A stretch of DNA of 64,000 nt from an uncultured delta proteobacterium (lineage in GTDB: Bacteria > Myxococcota > Myxococcia > Myxococcales > Anaeromyxobacteraceae). Below, in pieces: positions 37,247-50,390 of this stretch. Within the stretch, counting starts at the first letter, position 1. Each line of letters starts with the position of its first letter. Under the pieces are notes generated by a model. The model searched no databases. It saw nothing but the letters and a program-made list of their open reading frames with translations, and was not told where the DNA came from. The DNA is taken from positions 160,001 through 224,000 of the forward strand of contig CAWFDF010000004.1 of NCBI GenBank assembly GCA_963814585.1, in the 5' to 3' direction. Both the position numbers and the translations under genes were made by a program.

Positions 37247-38499
37247 CTCCCGTGAGCGCCGCTCGACTCGCCGCCCCGACCTGGGACCTGCTGGTGCGCC
37301 GGGCCCGGCTGGCCACCATGGTCCCGGGCTCGCCGTACGGCGAGCTGGCGAGCGGGGCCCTGGCGGCGCGCGACGGCCGCCTCGCCTTCGTCGGACCGGA
37401 CGCCGAGCTGCCGGCCGGCGCCACCGCCGCGCTCGAGCTGGACGCGGAGGGCCGGCTGCTCACGCCCGGGCTCATCGACGCCCACACCCACCTGGTCCAC
37501 GCCGGCCACCGGGCCGCCGAGTTCGAGCGGCGGCTGGCTGGCGCCAGCTACGAGGAGATCGCCAGGGCCGGCGGGGGCATCCGCGCCACCGTCGCGGCCA
37601 CCCGCGCCGCCGACGAGGCCACGCTGCTGCGGCAGAGCCGGCCCCGGCTCGCGGCGCTGCTCGCCGACGGCGTCACCACCGTGGAGGTGAAGAGCGGCTA
37701 CGGGCTCGACCTCGACACCGAGCTGAGGCAGCTGCGGGTGGCGCGGCGGCTCGGCGAGCTGCTGCCGGTCACGGTCCGCGCCACCTTCCTCGGCGCCCAC
37801 GCCGTGCCGGCCGAGCTCGAGGGGCGTCCCGACGCCTGGCTCGACCTGGTCATCGGCGAGGTGCTGCCGGCGGTGGTCGCGGCGGGCCTGGCCGACGCGG
37901 TCGACGCCTACTGCGAGCGAGGGGCGTTCAGCCCGGCGCAGGTGGAGCGACTCTTCGCGGCCGCGGCGAGCCACGGGCTCCCGGTGAAGCTGCACGCCGA
38001 GCAGCGCTCCGACTCCGGAGGGGCGGCGCTGGCCGCCCGCCACCGGGCCCTCTCCGCCGACCACCTCGAGCACCTCTCGGGCGCGGGGGTGTCGGCCATG
38101 GCCGGCGCCGGCACCGTCGCCGTGCTGTTGCCGGGCGCCTACCTCCACCTGCGCGAGGCGCGGCCGCCGCCGGTCGAGGCCCTGCGCGCCGCCGGCGTCC
38201 CCATGGCGGTCGCCACCGACTGCAACCCCGGCACCTCGCCGCTCGCCTCGCTCACCACGGCCATGAACCTCGCCTGCACCCTCTTCGGCCTCACGCCGGC
38301 CGAGGCGCTGGCCGGCGCCACCCGCCACGCCGCCCGCGCGCTGGGGCTCGCGGACCGCGGCATGCTCTCGGTGGGGCTGCGCGCCGACCTCGCCCTCTGG
38401 GACGCCGACCACCCGGCCGAGCTGGCGGCCCGGCTCGGCCCGTCGTCCCTCGCCACCCGCTTCGTCGCCGGGAGACCCGACCATGCACCAGCCCGCTGA
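37243..38499 (+). CDS. hutI: Imidazolonepropionase
   Basis: [31 protein letters not shown] and [10 protein letters not shown] motifs. Confidence 0.94.
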   Translation: MTPVSAARLAAPTWDLLVRRARLATMVPGSPYGELASGALAARDGRLAFVGPDAELPAGATAALELDAEGRLLTPGLIDAHTHLVHAGHRAAEFERRLAGASYEEIARAGGGIRATVAATRAADEATLLRQSRPRLAALLADGVTTVEVKSGYGLDLDTELRQLRVARRLGELLPVTVRATFLGAHAVPAELEGRPDAWLDLVIGEVLPAVVAAGLADAVDAYCERGAFSPAQVERLFAAAASHGLPVKLHAEQRSDSGGAALAARHRALSADHLEHLSGAGVSAMAGAGTVAVLLPGAYLHLREARPPPVEALRAAGVPMAVATDCNPGTSPLASLTTAMNLACTLFGLTPAEALAGATRHAARALGLADRGMLSVGLRADLALWDADHPAELAARLGPSSLATRFVAGRPDHAPAR

Positions 38500-39430
38500 C
38501 CTCGCCCTCTGGACCGGCCGCGTCGACGCCGAGGAGGGGCCGCGCGCGCTCCGCTGGCACCAGGCGATCCGGCCGCTGCCCGGCGGCGCCGCGCCCGGCA
38601 TGGCCCTGCTCGGCTTCGCCTGCGACGCCGGGGTGGCGCGCAACCACGGCCGGCCCGGGGCCGCCGGTGGACCGGCCGCGCTCCGCCGCGCCCTGGCGAG
38701 TCTCGCCTGGCACCGGACCGCACCGGCCTGGGACGCCGGCGACGTGGTGGTGGGCGGCGACCGGCTGGAGGACGGGCAGCTCGAGCTGGCCGGCGCGGTG
38801 ACGAGGCTGCTCGACGCCGGCCACCGGCCGGTGGTGGTGGGCGGCGGCCACGAGGTGGCGTACGGCAGCTTCACCGGCCTCGCCGACCACCTGGCGCGCC
38901 AGGCCGGCGCGCGGGCGCCGGCCATCGGCGTGGTCAACCTCGACGCCCACCTCGACCTGCGGGCTGGCCGCGCCAGCTCGGGGACGCCCTTCCGGCAGAT
39001 CGCCGAGTCCTGCGCGACGCGCCGCTGGCCCTTTCGCTACCTCTGCCTGGGCGTCGACGAGGGCGCCAACACCGCGGCGCTCCTCGACACCGCCCGCCGG
39101 CTCGGCGCGACCTGGCGGCGGGACCGGGCCCTCACGCCGGCGCGGCTCGACGAGGCCACCGCGGAGCTGGCGGCCTTCCTCGCCACCGTGGAGCGGGTCC
39201 ACCTGACCGTCGATCTCGACGTCCTGCCGGCCGCGGTCGCGCCCGGCGTCTCGGCGCCTGCGCCGCGGGGCGTGGCGCTCGAGGTCGTCGAGGCCCTGGT
39301 GGACACGGTGCTGGCCAGCGGCAAGCTGGCCCTGGGCGAGGTGGCCGAGCTCAGCCCGGTCCAGGACCCCGACGGCCGCACCGCCCGGGTGGCGGCGCGC
39401 CTGGTGGAGCAGCTGGGACGCGAGCGGTAG
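38483..39430 (+). CDS. hutG: Formimidoylglutamase (arginase family)
   Basis: [43 protein letters not shown] and DLDVL motifs. Confidence 0.92.
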   Translation: MHQPADLALWTGRVDAEEGPRALRWHQAIRPLPGGAAPGMALLGFACDAGVARNHGRPGAAGGPAALRRALASLAWHRTAPAWDAGDVVVGGDRLEDGQLELAGAVTRLLDAGHRPVVVGGGHEVAYGSFTGLADHLARQAGARAPAIGVVNLDAHLDLRAGRASSGTPFRQIAESCATRRWPFRYLCLGVDEGANTAALLDTARRLGATWRRDRALTPARLDEATAELAAFLATVERVHLTVDLDVLPAAVAPGVSAPAPRGVALEVVEALVDTVLASGKLALGEVAELSPVQDPDGRTARVAARLVEQLGRER

Positions 39431-39564
39431 GACCGCGCTGGCGCCAGCCCGGAACCCCCATCCGGGGGGCCCACGAACCCCGCACCTCGGCCTCAATTGC
39501 GCCTATTGTCCCCTGTTCCGTGGCCAGCGCACCGGCAGACGGGCCTTCCCTCCTCGGAGCTCAC

Positions 39565-40803
39565 ATGACTCTCGCCACTCGCACCTCCGCGCTCACGCTG
39601 GTCGCCCTCCTCGCCGCCTGCGGGAAGAAGGAGGCGGCCCCCGTCGCCAGGCCGCCGCCCGAGGTGACCGTGGTGACCGCGGTCCAGCGCGACGTCCCCA
39701 TCGGCGGCGAGCTGGTGGCCACGCTCCACGGCGACCAGGACATCGAGCTGCGGGCCCGCGTCGAGGGCTACCTGAAGGCCATCGGCTACAAGGAGGGGTC
39801 CGAGGTGAAGAAGGGGCAGCTGCTCTTCACCATCGACGACCAGCCCTACCAGGCGGCCCTGGCCCAGGCCAGGGGGGCCGAGGCCCGGGCCAAGGCGGCC
39901 TTCGCCAAGGCCGACCTCGACGTGAACCGCTTCACGCCGCTGGTCGCGCAGCGCGCCATCAGCCAGGCCGAGCTCGACAACGCGCTGGCGGCCCGCGACT
40001 CCGCCAAGGCGGCCTTGCAGGCGGCGCAGGCCGACAGCGAGAAGGCCCGGCTCGACGTCTCCTACGCCCGCATCACCTCGCCGGTGGACGGCGTCGCCGG
40101 CAAGGCCGAGCGGAAGGTGGGTGACCTGGTGGGCAAGGGGGAGGCCACGCTGCTCACCACCGTCTCGGTCCTCGATCCCATCCGCGCCACCGTCAACCTC
40201 CCCGAGGCCCTCTTCCTCAAGTACGCCGACCGGCTGGCCGGCATCGAGGCCAGCGCCAAGCTGCCTCCCAGCCCGGAGGGGCCCCAGCTGCAACTCTCCG
40301 ACGGCTCGATCCACCCGGTGCGCGGCCGGCTGGTGCTGGTCGATCGCGCCGTCGATTCGACCACCGGCACCCTCCGCGCCGAGATCGCCTTCGCCAACCC
40401 GAAGCGGACGCTCCGCCCCGGCCTGTACGGCAAGGTGCTCTTCAAGAGCGCCCAGCTCACCGGCGCCGTGCTGGTGCCGCAGAAGGCGGTGACCGAGCTG
40501 CAGGGGACCTACTCGGTGCTGGTGGTCGGCGCCGACGACGTGGTCCACCAGAAGCCGGTCAAGCCCGGCCCGCGCGCCGGCGAGCTGTGGGTCATGGAGT
40601 CGGGGGTGGCCGCCGGCGAGCGGGTGGTGGTGGCCGGGTTCCTGGGGTTGAAGGAGGGCGTGAAGGTCAAGGCCGTGGAGGAGCCCGCCGCGCCGGTCCC
40701 GCCCTCCGCCGCGACCAACGCCGTGGCGCCTCCCGTCCCGGCTCCCGCCGCCCAGACCAACGCCGCGGCGCCGCCGGCGCCCGCACCCGCACCCGCCAGG
40801 TAG
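39565..40803 (+). CDS. RND efflux periplasmic adaptor (MFP) lipoprotein
   Basis: Lipobox LLAAC, RARVEGYL, VKKGQLLFTID, ITSPVDG and VD.TTGTL motifs. Confidence 0.92.
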   Translation: MTLATRTSALTLVALLAACGKKEAAPVARPPPEVTVVTAVQRDVPIGGELVATLHGDQDIELRARVEGYLKAIGYKEGSEVKKGQLLFTIDDQPYQAALAQARGAEARAKAAFAKADLDVNRFTPLVAQRAISQAELDNALAARDSAKAALQAAQADSEKARLDVSYARITSPVDGVAGKAERKVGDLVGKGEATLLTTVSVLDPIRATVNLPEALFLKYADRLAGIEASAKLPPSPEGPQLQLSDGSIHPVRGRLVLVDRAVDSTTGTLRAEIAFANPKRTLRPGLYGKVLFKSAQLTGAVLVPQKAVTELQGTYSVLVVGADDVVHQKPVKPGPRAGELWVMESGVAAGERVVVAGFLGLKEGVKVKAVEEPAAPVPPSAATNAVAPPVPAPAAQTNAAAPPAPAPAPAR

Positions 40804-40818
40804 CCTCCAGGAGCCGAC

Positions 40819-43800
40819 ATGGGCAACTTCTTCATCCGCCGCCCCATCGTGGCGATGGTCCTCTCCATCGTCATGGTGATCGTGGGCGCCGTGGCCCTCC
40901 AGGGCCTCCCCATCGCCAAGTTCCCCGAGATCGTACCGCCCATGGTGCAGGTCACCACCACCTACACCGGCGCCTCGGCGCTCGACGTGGAGCAGTCGGT
41001 GGCCACGCCGCTGGAGCAGAAGATCAACGGCGTGGAGCGGTCGATCTACATGAAGTCGACCAACGCCAACGACGGCACGCTCAAGATCGAGGTCAGCTTC
41101 GAGCTCGGCACCAACCTCGACATCGCCTCGGTGCTGGTCCAGAACCGCGTCTCGGAAGGCTCCTCGGTCCTGCCCCAGGAGGTGAAGCAGTACGGCGTGG
41201 TCACCAAGAAGTCGCTGGCCTTCCCCATGATGCTGGTGACGCTCACCTCGCCGGCGGGGACCTTCGACAACGTCTTCCTCTCCAACTACGCCAACATCAA
41301 CATCGTCGACCAGCTGGCCCGCCTGCCCGGCGTCGGCCAGACCCTCCTCTTCGGCGGCTCCGACTACTCGATGCGCGTCTGGATCCGCCCCGACAAGCTG
41401 CGCAACCTCGGCCTCACCGTCTCCGACCTCACCACCGCCATCCAGCAGCAGAACGTGCTGCAGCCGGCTGGCCAGCTGGGCGGCCCGCCGGCCCCCCCGG
41501 GCGTCCAGTTCACCTACGCGGTCAAGACCAAGGGGCGCCTGCTCGACGCCGACGAGTTCGGCCAGATCATCGTCCGCGCCAACCCCGACGGCTCGATCGT
41601 CCGCCTGAAGGACGTGGCCCGCCTCGAGCTCGGCTCGCTGCTCTACAACTCGGCGGGCCGGCTCAACGGCAAGGACGCCGCGGTCATCGCCATCTACCAG
41701 CTGCCCGGATCCAACGCCCTCGAGCTCTCCAAGAAGGTCCGGGCCACCATGGAGGACCTGGGCAAGCGCTTCCCGGCCGCCATCCAGCACTCCATCACCC
41801 TCGACACCACCGCCGCCGTCACCGCCGGCATCGAGGAGATCATCAGCACCCTCTTCGAGGCCGTGCTGCTGGTGATCCTGGTGGTCTTCGTCTTCCTGCA
41901 GAACTGGCGGGCCACGCTGATCCCGCTGCTGACCGTGCCGGTCTCGCTGATCGGCACCTTCATCGTCTTCCCCATGCTCGGCTTCTCGGTCAACACCCTG
42001 TCGCTGCTCGGCCTGGTGCTGGCCATCGGCATCGTGGTCGACGACGCCATCGTGGTGGTCGAGGCGGTCATGCACCACCTCGAGCAGGGCAAGAGCCCGC
42101 GCGAGGCGACCGAGCAGGCCATGAAGGAGGTCTCCGGGCCGGTGGTGGCCATCGCCCTGGTGCTGACCGCGGTCTTCGTCCCGGTCGCCTTCATGCCCGG
42201 CCTGACCGGCCGGCTCTACCAGCAGTTCGCCGTCACCATCGCCATCTCGGTCTGCTTCTCGGCCATCAACGCCCTGACGCTGTCGCCGGCGCTGGCCTCG
42301 CTGCTGCTCAAGGCGCCGGGCGGCAAGAAGTCGTTCCTGAAGCCCTTCTACGACGTCTTCAACAAGTACTTCGGCAAGCTCACCGACGGCTACGTCGGCT
42401 TCACCGGCATCCTGGTCCGCAAGGCCTACCGCAGCATGGTGCTGGTGCTGATCACCGCGGTGCTGGCGGTGGTCTTCGCCATGCGCGTCCCTGGTGGCTT
42501 CCTCCCCGACGAGGACGAGGGCTACTTCTTCGCCAACGTCCAGCTCCCCGACGCCTCCTCGCTGGAGCGGACCGAGGTCACCGTCAAGAGGGTCCAGGAG
42601 ATCATCCAGGCCCAGGCCGGCGTCGAGTACGTCACCGGGATCTCCGGCTTCTCCATGCTCTCGGGCGCCTACGCCTCCAACACCGCCTTCTTCTTCGTGT
42701 CGCTCAAGCCCTGGGAGGAGCGCAAGGCCAAGGCGGAGCAGGCGGCCGCCATCATCCAGGCCATCAACGGCAGGCTGCGGAAGGAGGTCACCGAGGCCTT
42801 CGCCTTCACCTTCGCGCCGCCTCCCATCCCCGGCCTCGGCTCGGGCTCCGGCTTCACCCTCATGCTCCAGGACCAGGCCGGCCAGACCCCGCAGGCGCTG
42901 GCCGACGCGCTGCAGAAGTTCATGGCCGGCGCCAGGGCGCGCCCCGAGATCGGGACCATCAACTCCATCTACCGGGCCGCCGTGCCGCAGGTGCTCGCCG
43001 ACCTCGACCGCGACAAGGCGGTCAAGCTGGGCGTCCCCGTCACCCAGGTCAACCAGACGCTGGGCTCGCTGCTGGGCAGCTCCTACGTCAACGACTTCAA
43101 CCGCTTCGGCCGGACCTACAAGGTGATGATGCAGGCCGAGCCCGAGTTCCGCGTCAAGCCGGAGAACCTCGGCCAGTTCTTCGTGCGTGGCAACTCGGGC
43201 GATCCATCCCGCTCGACACGCTGGTGACCACCAGGCCGCTCTCCGGGCCGGAGTTCACCAACCGCTTCAACCTCTTCCGCTCGGCCGAGGTGAACGGCGT
43301 CCCGGCCCCCGGCTACAGCTCGGCCCAGGCCATGAAGGCGCTCGAGGAGGTGGCCGCGACGCTGCCGCAGGGCTTCGGCCACTCCTGGTCCAACGTCTCC
43401 TACCAGGAGAAGGCGGCCGAGGGCTCCAGCGCCGTGGTCTTCGTCTTCGCCATCGTGCTGGTCTTCCTGATCCTGGCCGCCCAGTACGAGAGCTGGTCGC
43501 TGCCGCTCTCGGTGGTGCTGGGCACGCCCTTCGCCGCCCTGGGCGCCTTCTTCGGCCTCTGGCTGGCGCGCCTCACCCTGGGCCCGGCCTACGTCAACAA
43601 CGTCTTCGCCCAGATCGGCCTGGTCATGCTGGTCGGCCTGGCGGCCAAGAACGCCATCCTCATCGTCGAGTTCGCCAAGGAGTCGGTCCACGCCGGGAAG
43701 CCGCCCATCGAGGCGGCCCTCTACGCCGCCCGGCTGCGGCTGCGCCCCATCCTCATGACCGCCTTCGCCTTCATCCTCGGCGTGCTGCCGCTGGTGCGCG

Positions 43801-43994
43801 CCGCCGGCGCCGGGGCCGAGTCGCGAAAGGTCATGGGCATGGCGGTCTTCGCCGGCATGCTGGTCGCCACCCTGCTGGCCGTGGTGCTGGTCCCCGTGCT
43901 CTTCGTCACGGTGGAGCGGCTCTTCGGCGGCAAGGCCCACGAGGCTCCACCCACCCCCGAGGGCGCCGCGCCGGCCCCAGGAGGCCACCCGTGA
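40819..43994 (+). CDS. HAE1/AcrB-family RND efflux permease, apparent 1-nt deletion near 43203
   Basis: [19 protein letters not shown] and TLSPAL motifs. The C-terminal half ([22 protein letters not shown]) is in another frame ending at 43994. Confidence 0.9.
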
Positions 43995-45445
43995 CCACCC
44001 GCCACCTCGCCCTCGCCGCCCTGCTGCTGGCCGGCTGCTCGGTCGGCCCGGCCTACCAGCGCCCCACCGCGCCGGAGCCCGAGGCCTTCCGCTACGCCGA
44101 CGTCAAGGAGGCGACCTCCATCGCCGACCTCCCCTGGTGGGAGCAGTTCAAGGACCCGACGCTGGCCGCGCTGATCACCGAGGCGCTGGAGAGGAACCAG
44201 GACCTGGCGCTGGCCGCGGCCCGGGTGCAGGAGAGCCGGGCGGTGGCGCGGAGCGCGGGCAGCGGGCTCTGGCCCCAGGTCGGGATCCAGGCCGGCGGGT
44301 CCTACGGGCAGCTCGTCTCCGAGAACGTCGACTCGGGCGCCGCCGTGGGCGGCAGGCTGGGGATCGAGGCCGGGGTGAGCTGGGAGCTCGACCTGTTCGG
44401 GCGGGTCCGGAGCTCCCGCGACCAGGCCGAGGCGATCTCCATCGCCACCGACGAGGACCGGCGTGGCGTGGTGCTGGCGCTGGTCTCCGGCGTGGCCCAG
44501 GCCTACATCGAGCTGCGCTCCCTCGACATCCAGCTCGAGGTGGCCCGCACCAACGGCGCCCTGCGCAAGGGGACGCTCGACCTCTTCCAGGCCCGGGCCA
44601 AGGGCGGCGTGGCCTCCGACCTCGAGGTGGAGCAGGCCCGCGCCGACTACGCGGTCACCTCGGCGGCCGAGCCGTCCACCGAGCGGCTCATCGCCCTGAA
44701 GGAGCACGAGCTCTGCGTCCTGCTGGGCCGTCCGCCCGGGCCCATCGACCGGAAGGTCGAGCGTCTGGAGCCGCCGATGCCCCCGACGCTGCCGGCCGGC
44801 GTGCCGGCCAGCCTGCTGGAGCGGCGCCCCGACCTGCGCTCCGCCGAGCAGGTGGCCATCGCCGCCACCGCCGGGGCCCGCGTGGCCACCGCCGACCGCT
44901 TCCCCCGCCTCTCGCTCGACGGGGTCCTCGGCCTGAGCTCGCTGTCGATCTCCTCGCTGGTCACCGGCGACGCCCTGCGCTGGAGCGTCGGCGGCGGCCT
45001 GTTCGCCCCCATCTTCGAGGGTGGCCGGCTCAAGGCCAACCAGGACGCGGCCTACGCCCGCATCGACCAGTCCACCGCGATGTGGCGCCAGGCCGTGCTC
45101 CGGGCGCTGCGCGAGGTCTCCGACGCCGCGGTCAGCGTCAAGATGTTCACCGCGGTCCGGACGCAGAACGAGATCGAGGTGAAGTCCACCACCAACGCCG
45201 CCCGGCTGGCCATGCTCCGCTACGAGGGCGGCGTCTCGAGCTACCTGGAGGTGCTCGACGCCCAGCGGCGCCAGTTCGACTCGGCCAACACCCTGGTGGC
45301 CTCCCGCCGCAACGAGCTGGTGTCGGTGGTGCAGCTCTACAAGTCGCTCGGCGGCGGCTGGCAGGAGGCGCCCGCGGCCACCACCCCGCCGGCCGGCGGC
45401 ACGCCGGCTCCCGCGCCGCCCCCGGCCCAGCCGCCGGTGCGGTGA
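43991..45445 (+). CDS. Outer membrane efflux lipoprotein (OprM/NodT family)
   Basis: GTG start overlapping the permease stop, lipobox [26 protein letters not shown] and LYKSLGGGW. Confidence 0.92.
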   Translation: MTTRHLALAALLLAGCSVGPAYQRPTAPEPEAFRYADVKEATSIADLPWWEQFKDPTLAALITEALERNQDLALAAARVQESRAVARSAGSGLWPQVGIQAGGSYGQLVSENVDSGAAVGGRLGIEAGVSWELDLFGRVRSSRDQAEAISIATDEDRRGVVLALVSGVAQAYIELRSLDIQLEVARTNGALRKGTLDLFQARAKGGVASDLEVEQARADYAVTSAAEPSTERLIALKEHELCVLLGRPPGPIDRKVERLEPPMPPTLPAGVPASLLERRPDLRSAEQVAIAATAGARVATADRFPRLSLDGVLGLSSLSISSLVTGDALRWSVGGGLFAPIFEGGRLKANQDAAYARIDQSTAMWRQAVLRALREVSDAAVSVKMFTAVRTQNEIEVKSTTNAARLAMLRYEGGVSSYLEVLDAQRRQFDSANTLVASRRNELVSVVQLYKSLGGGWQEAPAATTPPAGGTPAPAPPPAQPPVR

Positions 45446-45474
45446 TCCGGCCAGGGCGACGTGAAGCGCCTCGG

Positions 45475-47118
<1,644 letters not shown>

Positions 47119-47182
47119 TGGCCGGAGGACCCGGCGCCCCCCGGTCGTGAAAGGCGGAGGGGCCCGGAGCCGCCGGCCCTCC

Positions 47183-48598
47183 TCACCTGGTCACGAAGAG
47201 GACCCAGGGCGTCCCCACCAGCATGAAGACCAGGAAGCAGAACCCGGTCGTCAGGGCGCCCAGGCGGTAGAGCTCGCCCTGCCTCAGGTACCCGCTCCCC
47301 ACGAAGATGACGTTCTGGCTCCCGCCCTGCGGCGTGATGGCCGAGAAGTAGCTGCTGGCGAAGAGCAGGGCGAAGGCCATGAGCGGCGCCGGCACGCCGG
47401 CCCGCATGCCGACGTCGAGGAAGACGCCGAAGAGGGCCAGCACCTGCGACGACTGGCTGACGAACAGGTAGTGCATCAGCACGTAGAGCGAGACCAGGGC
47501 CACGTAGGCCGCCGGCCAGGCGACGCCCCCCAGCCTCATCGCCAGCCGCTCGCCCAGGTAGCCCATGAAGCCCAGCTCGTTGAGCTGGGCGCTGAGCGCG
47601 AAGAGGACGGCCAGCCAGAGGAAGGTGGCCAGGGTGTCGCCCTCGCGGGAGATGTCGTCGAGCGTGAGGACGCGGACGGCGAGGAGCCCGCCGAGGCCGG
47701 CGAAGGCCACGCCGGTCACGTCCAGCCCCAGCGTCCCGGCCAGGACCCAGCCCGAGACCATGAGCGCGAAGGCCGCGGCCACCAGCTTCTCGTCCCGGCC
47801 GAGCGCCCCCATGGACCGCAGCGCCTCGCGGGCGGCGGCCGGCGCCTCCGGCGTCGCCTTCACGTCGGGCGGGAACAGCGCGTACAGCACCAGGGGGAGC
47901 AGCAGGATGGCCGCCAGCGCCGGGACCGACGAGGCCACCAGCCACGAGCCGAAGCCGATCCTCAGCCCGGCGTGCTGGGCCACCTCGATCCCGATGGGGT
48001 TGGCCGAGGTGGCCGTCATCCACAGGGCCGAGGAGACGGCCAGGCTGGCCATGCCACAGAACATCAGGTAGCCACCGAGCCGGCGCCGGGTCGGGTCCTC
48101 GGGGCTCGAGCCGGCGCCCTGCGCCAGGGAGAGCACGATCGGGTAGATCACGCCGCCTCGCGCGGTGTTGCTCGGGAAGGCCGGCGCGATGAGCGCATCG
48201 GTGACGAAGATGCTGTAGGCCAGCCCCAGCGTGGAGCGGCCGAACACGCTCACCACCAGCAGGCTGATGCGCCGGCCCAGCCCCGACTTCACCACGCTCC
48301 TCGCCACCAGGAAGGCCACCACCACCAGGAGGACGCTGCCGTTGCTGAAGCCGGCGAAGGCCTTGGCCGGCGTCACGGTCCCGGTGATGACCGCGGCCGA
48401 CACCGCCAGCATCGCCGAGGTCAGGAGCGGGAAGGCGCCGACGATGACCGAGAAGATGGCCGCGGCGAAGATGGCGAAGAGGTGCCAGGCCCGGGGCGTC
48501 AACCCGGCCGGGACCGGGGCGAACCAGATGCCGAGCGCCAGGGCGAAGGGGGCCGCGCGGGTGAGGAGCGCGCGCAGCCGCGCCACGCGATCGCTCAT
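47183..48598 (-). CDS. DASS (SLC13/CitT-like) di/tricarboxylate transporter
   Basis: AWHLFAIF, KSGLGRRI, PSNTARGG and SSALWMTA.SANP motifs with many TM segments. ATGA overlap with the upstream gene. Confidence 0.88.
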   Translation of the reverse strand: MSDRVARLRALLTRAAPFALALGIWFAPVPAGLTPRAWHLFAIFAAAIFSVIVGAFPLLTSAMLAVSAAVITGTVTPAKAFAGFSNGSVLLVVVAFLVARSVVKSGLGRRISLLVVSVFGRSTLGLAYSIFVTDALIAPAFPSNTARGGVIYPIVLSLAQGAGSSPEDPTRRRLGGYLMFCGMASLAVSSALWMTATSANPIGIEVAQHAGLRIGFGSWLVASSVPALAAILLLPLVLYALFPPDVKATPEAPAAAREALRSMGALGRDEKLVAAAFALMVSGWVLAGTLGLDVTGVAFAGLGGLLAVRVLTLDDISREGDTLATFLWLAVLFALSAQLNELGFMGYLGERLAMRLGGVAWPAAYVALVSLYVLMHYLFVSQSSQVLALFGVFLDVGMRAGVPAPLMAFALLFASSYFSAITPQGGSQNVIFVGSGYLRQGELYRLGALTTGFCFLVFMLVGTPWVLFVTR

Positions 48599-49179
48599 GG
48601 CGTGGGGCCCCGGGCCGGGGTGGCGCGGGCCTCGCCGATGCGGGCCCGCCCCTTCAGGTCGACGGCACGCCCCTGGATGACCCCCTCCTCCGTCTCGACC
48701 ACCATGCGCCAGTGCATCTGGTAGGTCCCCGTCACCCCCAGGAAGCGGCCGGTCCCGCCCACGATGGTGCCGGTGACGGGCTGGCCGCTCGCGACCGGCC
48801 CACCGCTCAGCTCGCTGAAGATCTCGTCCCCGCCGTCGTCGGTCCAGACCGCGCGCCCCACGCCGCCGGTCAGGCTGTCGGAGAAGGTGATGGCCCTGGC
48901 CTGGAAGCCCACGCCCAGGCCGCGCTCCCCCGTGAGCAGCAGCGACCCGCCCAGGCGGGCCACCGAGGCCCGGCGACCGGGGCCGAGGTCGAGGGCCTGC
49001 CGCTCGCCGACCGCGGACCAGGTCCCCTCGAAGTGCCGCCACTCGCCGGCGGCCGGCGCCGCCTCGGGCGCCGTCGCCGGCTTGCTGCACGAACCGCCGC
49101 CGATGGCGAGCAGGACCGCCAGCCACCGCGCGCCCCGGGCCGGGCCGTTCGCCAGCTCGGTCGTCCCGGGGCGCCGCAC
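48595..49179 (-). CDS. Hypothetical exported or lipoprotein-like protein (beta-rich)
   Basis: Signal-like WLAVLLAIGGGSC, then beta-strand patterns (FEGTWSA, IVGGTGRF.GVTGTY). Tightly coupled within the operon. Confidence 0.6.
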   Translation of the reverse strand: MRRPGTTELANGPARGARWLAVLLAIGGGSCSKPATAPEAAPAAGEWRHFEGTWSAVGERQALDLGPGRRASVARLGGSLLLTGERGLGVGFQARAITFSDSLTGGVGRAVWTDDGGDEIFSELSGGPVASGQPVTGTIVGGTGRFLGVTGTYQMHWRMVVETEEGVIQGRAVDLKGRARIGEARATPARGPTP

Positions 49180-49192
49180 GCGGCGGATCCTA

Positions 49193-50380
49193 CTACTTCC
49201 AGGTGTCGCGGCTCGAGAAGCTGTACTTCAGCGAGACCTGGAGCCGGAGGTCGGTGCCGGAGGCGTCGTCCTTGTCGATGCGCTTGCCCCAGAGGAGCTC
49301 CGGCCCGAACAGCAGGCTCGACGCCGGCGCGAACAGCAGGTTGGCCGAGGCATACTGGCCGCTCTTGAAGGCGTCGGCGTCCTGCAGGCTGGTGTTGTCG
49401 ACCGTGGTGCTGCTGTAGCCGAAGGAGCTGGTCCACTTCTCCGTCCAGGCGACGTCGACGTAGGCGAACAGCCCCAGCAGCGGCACCGCCTCCGCGTTCG
49501 GGTCGGCCAGCGTGCCCCCGAAGGCCAGGTCGGTCCCGCCGTCGTTCAGGTAGTAGGAGATCCCCTTGCCGCCCAGCACCGACAGCCGCAGCGTCGCCAT
49601 CGGGCCGACCTTGAAGACCGAGCTGACGTCGAGGCCGTAGCCCATCGCGCTGTCCTTGGGATCGCCGCCCGGGGCGCCCGGCGTGTCGTAGCCGAGCCAG
49701 CGCAGCAGGCCGGCGACCTGGAGGTAGCCCCACCCGCCCGTGAGCCGGTACTGGGCGGTGAGGTCGGGCGCCTTGCTGACGCCAGTGGGGTTGCCCCCGA
49801 CCGTCCCCGGGTCGAGGTCGGTGGCCGGCCGCTCCAGGGCGAGGGCGATGGTGTGCTCCTTCATGACGCGCGTGTACCGCACCTGGACGTTCCGGTAGAA
49901 GGACATGCCGGCCGGCCCCCAGTAGTCGATGATGTTGGGCCAGAGGTCGGCGTCCATGAAGAGGCTGTGGGTCAGGCCCGCCAGCACCGGGCCCCACTCG
50001 CCGTAGGCGTGGCGAAGGCGGACGCCGTTCTGGCCCCCCGCGTCGGGCCGATCGCTGCCCGAGGACCCGAAGAAGTCGAACTCGAGCCGGGTCTTGAGCA
50101 GGTCGCCGGCGACCGGCAAGGACGCCTTCACGCCCAGCCGGCTCTGGCGCACGCTGAAGACGGTCTCGCCGTCGCTGCCGTACTGGCCGTCGGCGGTGGG
50201 GATGCGGCTGGGCCGCAGCGTGGCGTTCCAGTCCGACCTGACCCGGTTGAAGTCCTGGATGAGATCGGCCTGGGCGAAGCCGTAGACCTCGAAGGAGGGC
50301 TTGCTGCCTCCCTCCTGGGCCCGTCCCGGGGCCGGGAGCAGTGTCACGGCGGCCAGGGCCGCCAGCAGGATGATCCGCAT
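49193..50380 (-). CDS. DcaP-family outer membrane porin
   Basis: Signal peptide, VYGFAQAD...DF, SVRQSRLG, LEFDFFG and RLRHAYGE motifs, with a terminal beta-strand KYSF. Confidence 0.8.
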   Translation of the reverse strand: MRIILLAALAAVTLLPAPGRAQEGGSKPSFEVYGFAQADLIQDFNRVRSDWNATLRPSRIPTADGQYGSDGETVFSVRQSRLGVKASLPVAGDLLKTRLEFDFFGSSGSDRPDAGGQNGVRLRHAYGEWGPVLAGLTHSLFMDADLWPNIIDYWGPAGMSFYRNVQVRYTRVMKEHTIALALERPATDLDPGTVGGNPTGVSKAPDLTAQYRLTGGWGYLQVAGLLRWLGYDTPGAPGGDPKDSAMGYGLDVSSVFKVGPMATLRLSVLGGKGISYYLNDGGTDLAFGGTLADPNAEAVPLLGLFAYVDVAWTEKWTSSFGYSSTTVDNTSLQDADAFKSGQYASANLLFAPASSLLFGPELLWGKRIDKDDASGTDLRLQVSLKYSFSSRDTWK

Positions 50381-50390
50381 GGTCGTCTCC

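Noticed and set aside
39493..42078. Long antisense or alternate-frame ORFs (e.g. 39493..42078, 25283..28009, 29948..33289, 56596..59964)
   Set aside because: Typical stop-poor shadow ORFs of high-GC coding DNA. They are Arg/Gly/Pro-rich and lack recognisable motifs.
43190..43230. Split RND permease as a programmed frameshift or two-gene system
   Set aside because: There is no slippery sequence, and a single missing base restores a normal full-length AcrB-like protein. Consistent with the other indel errors.
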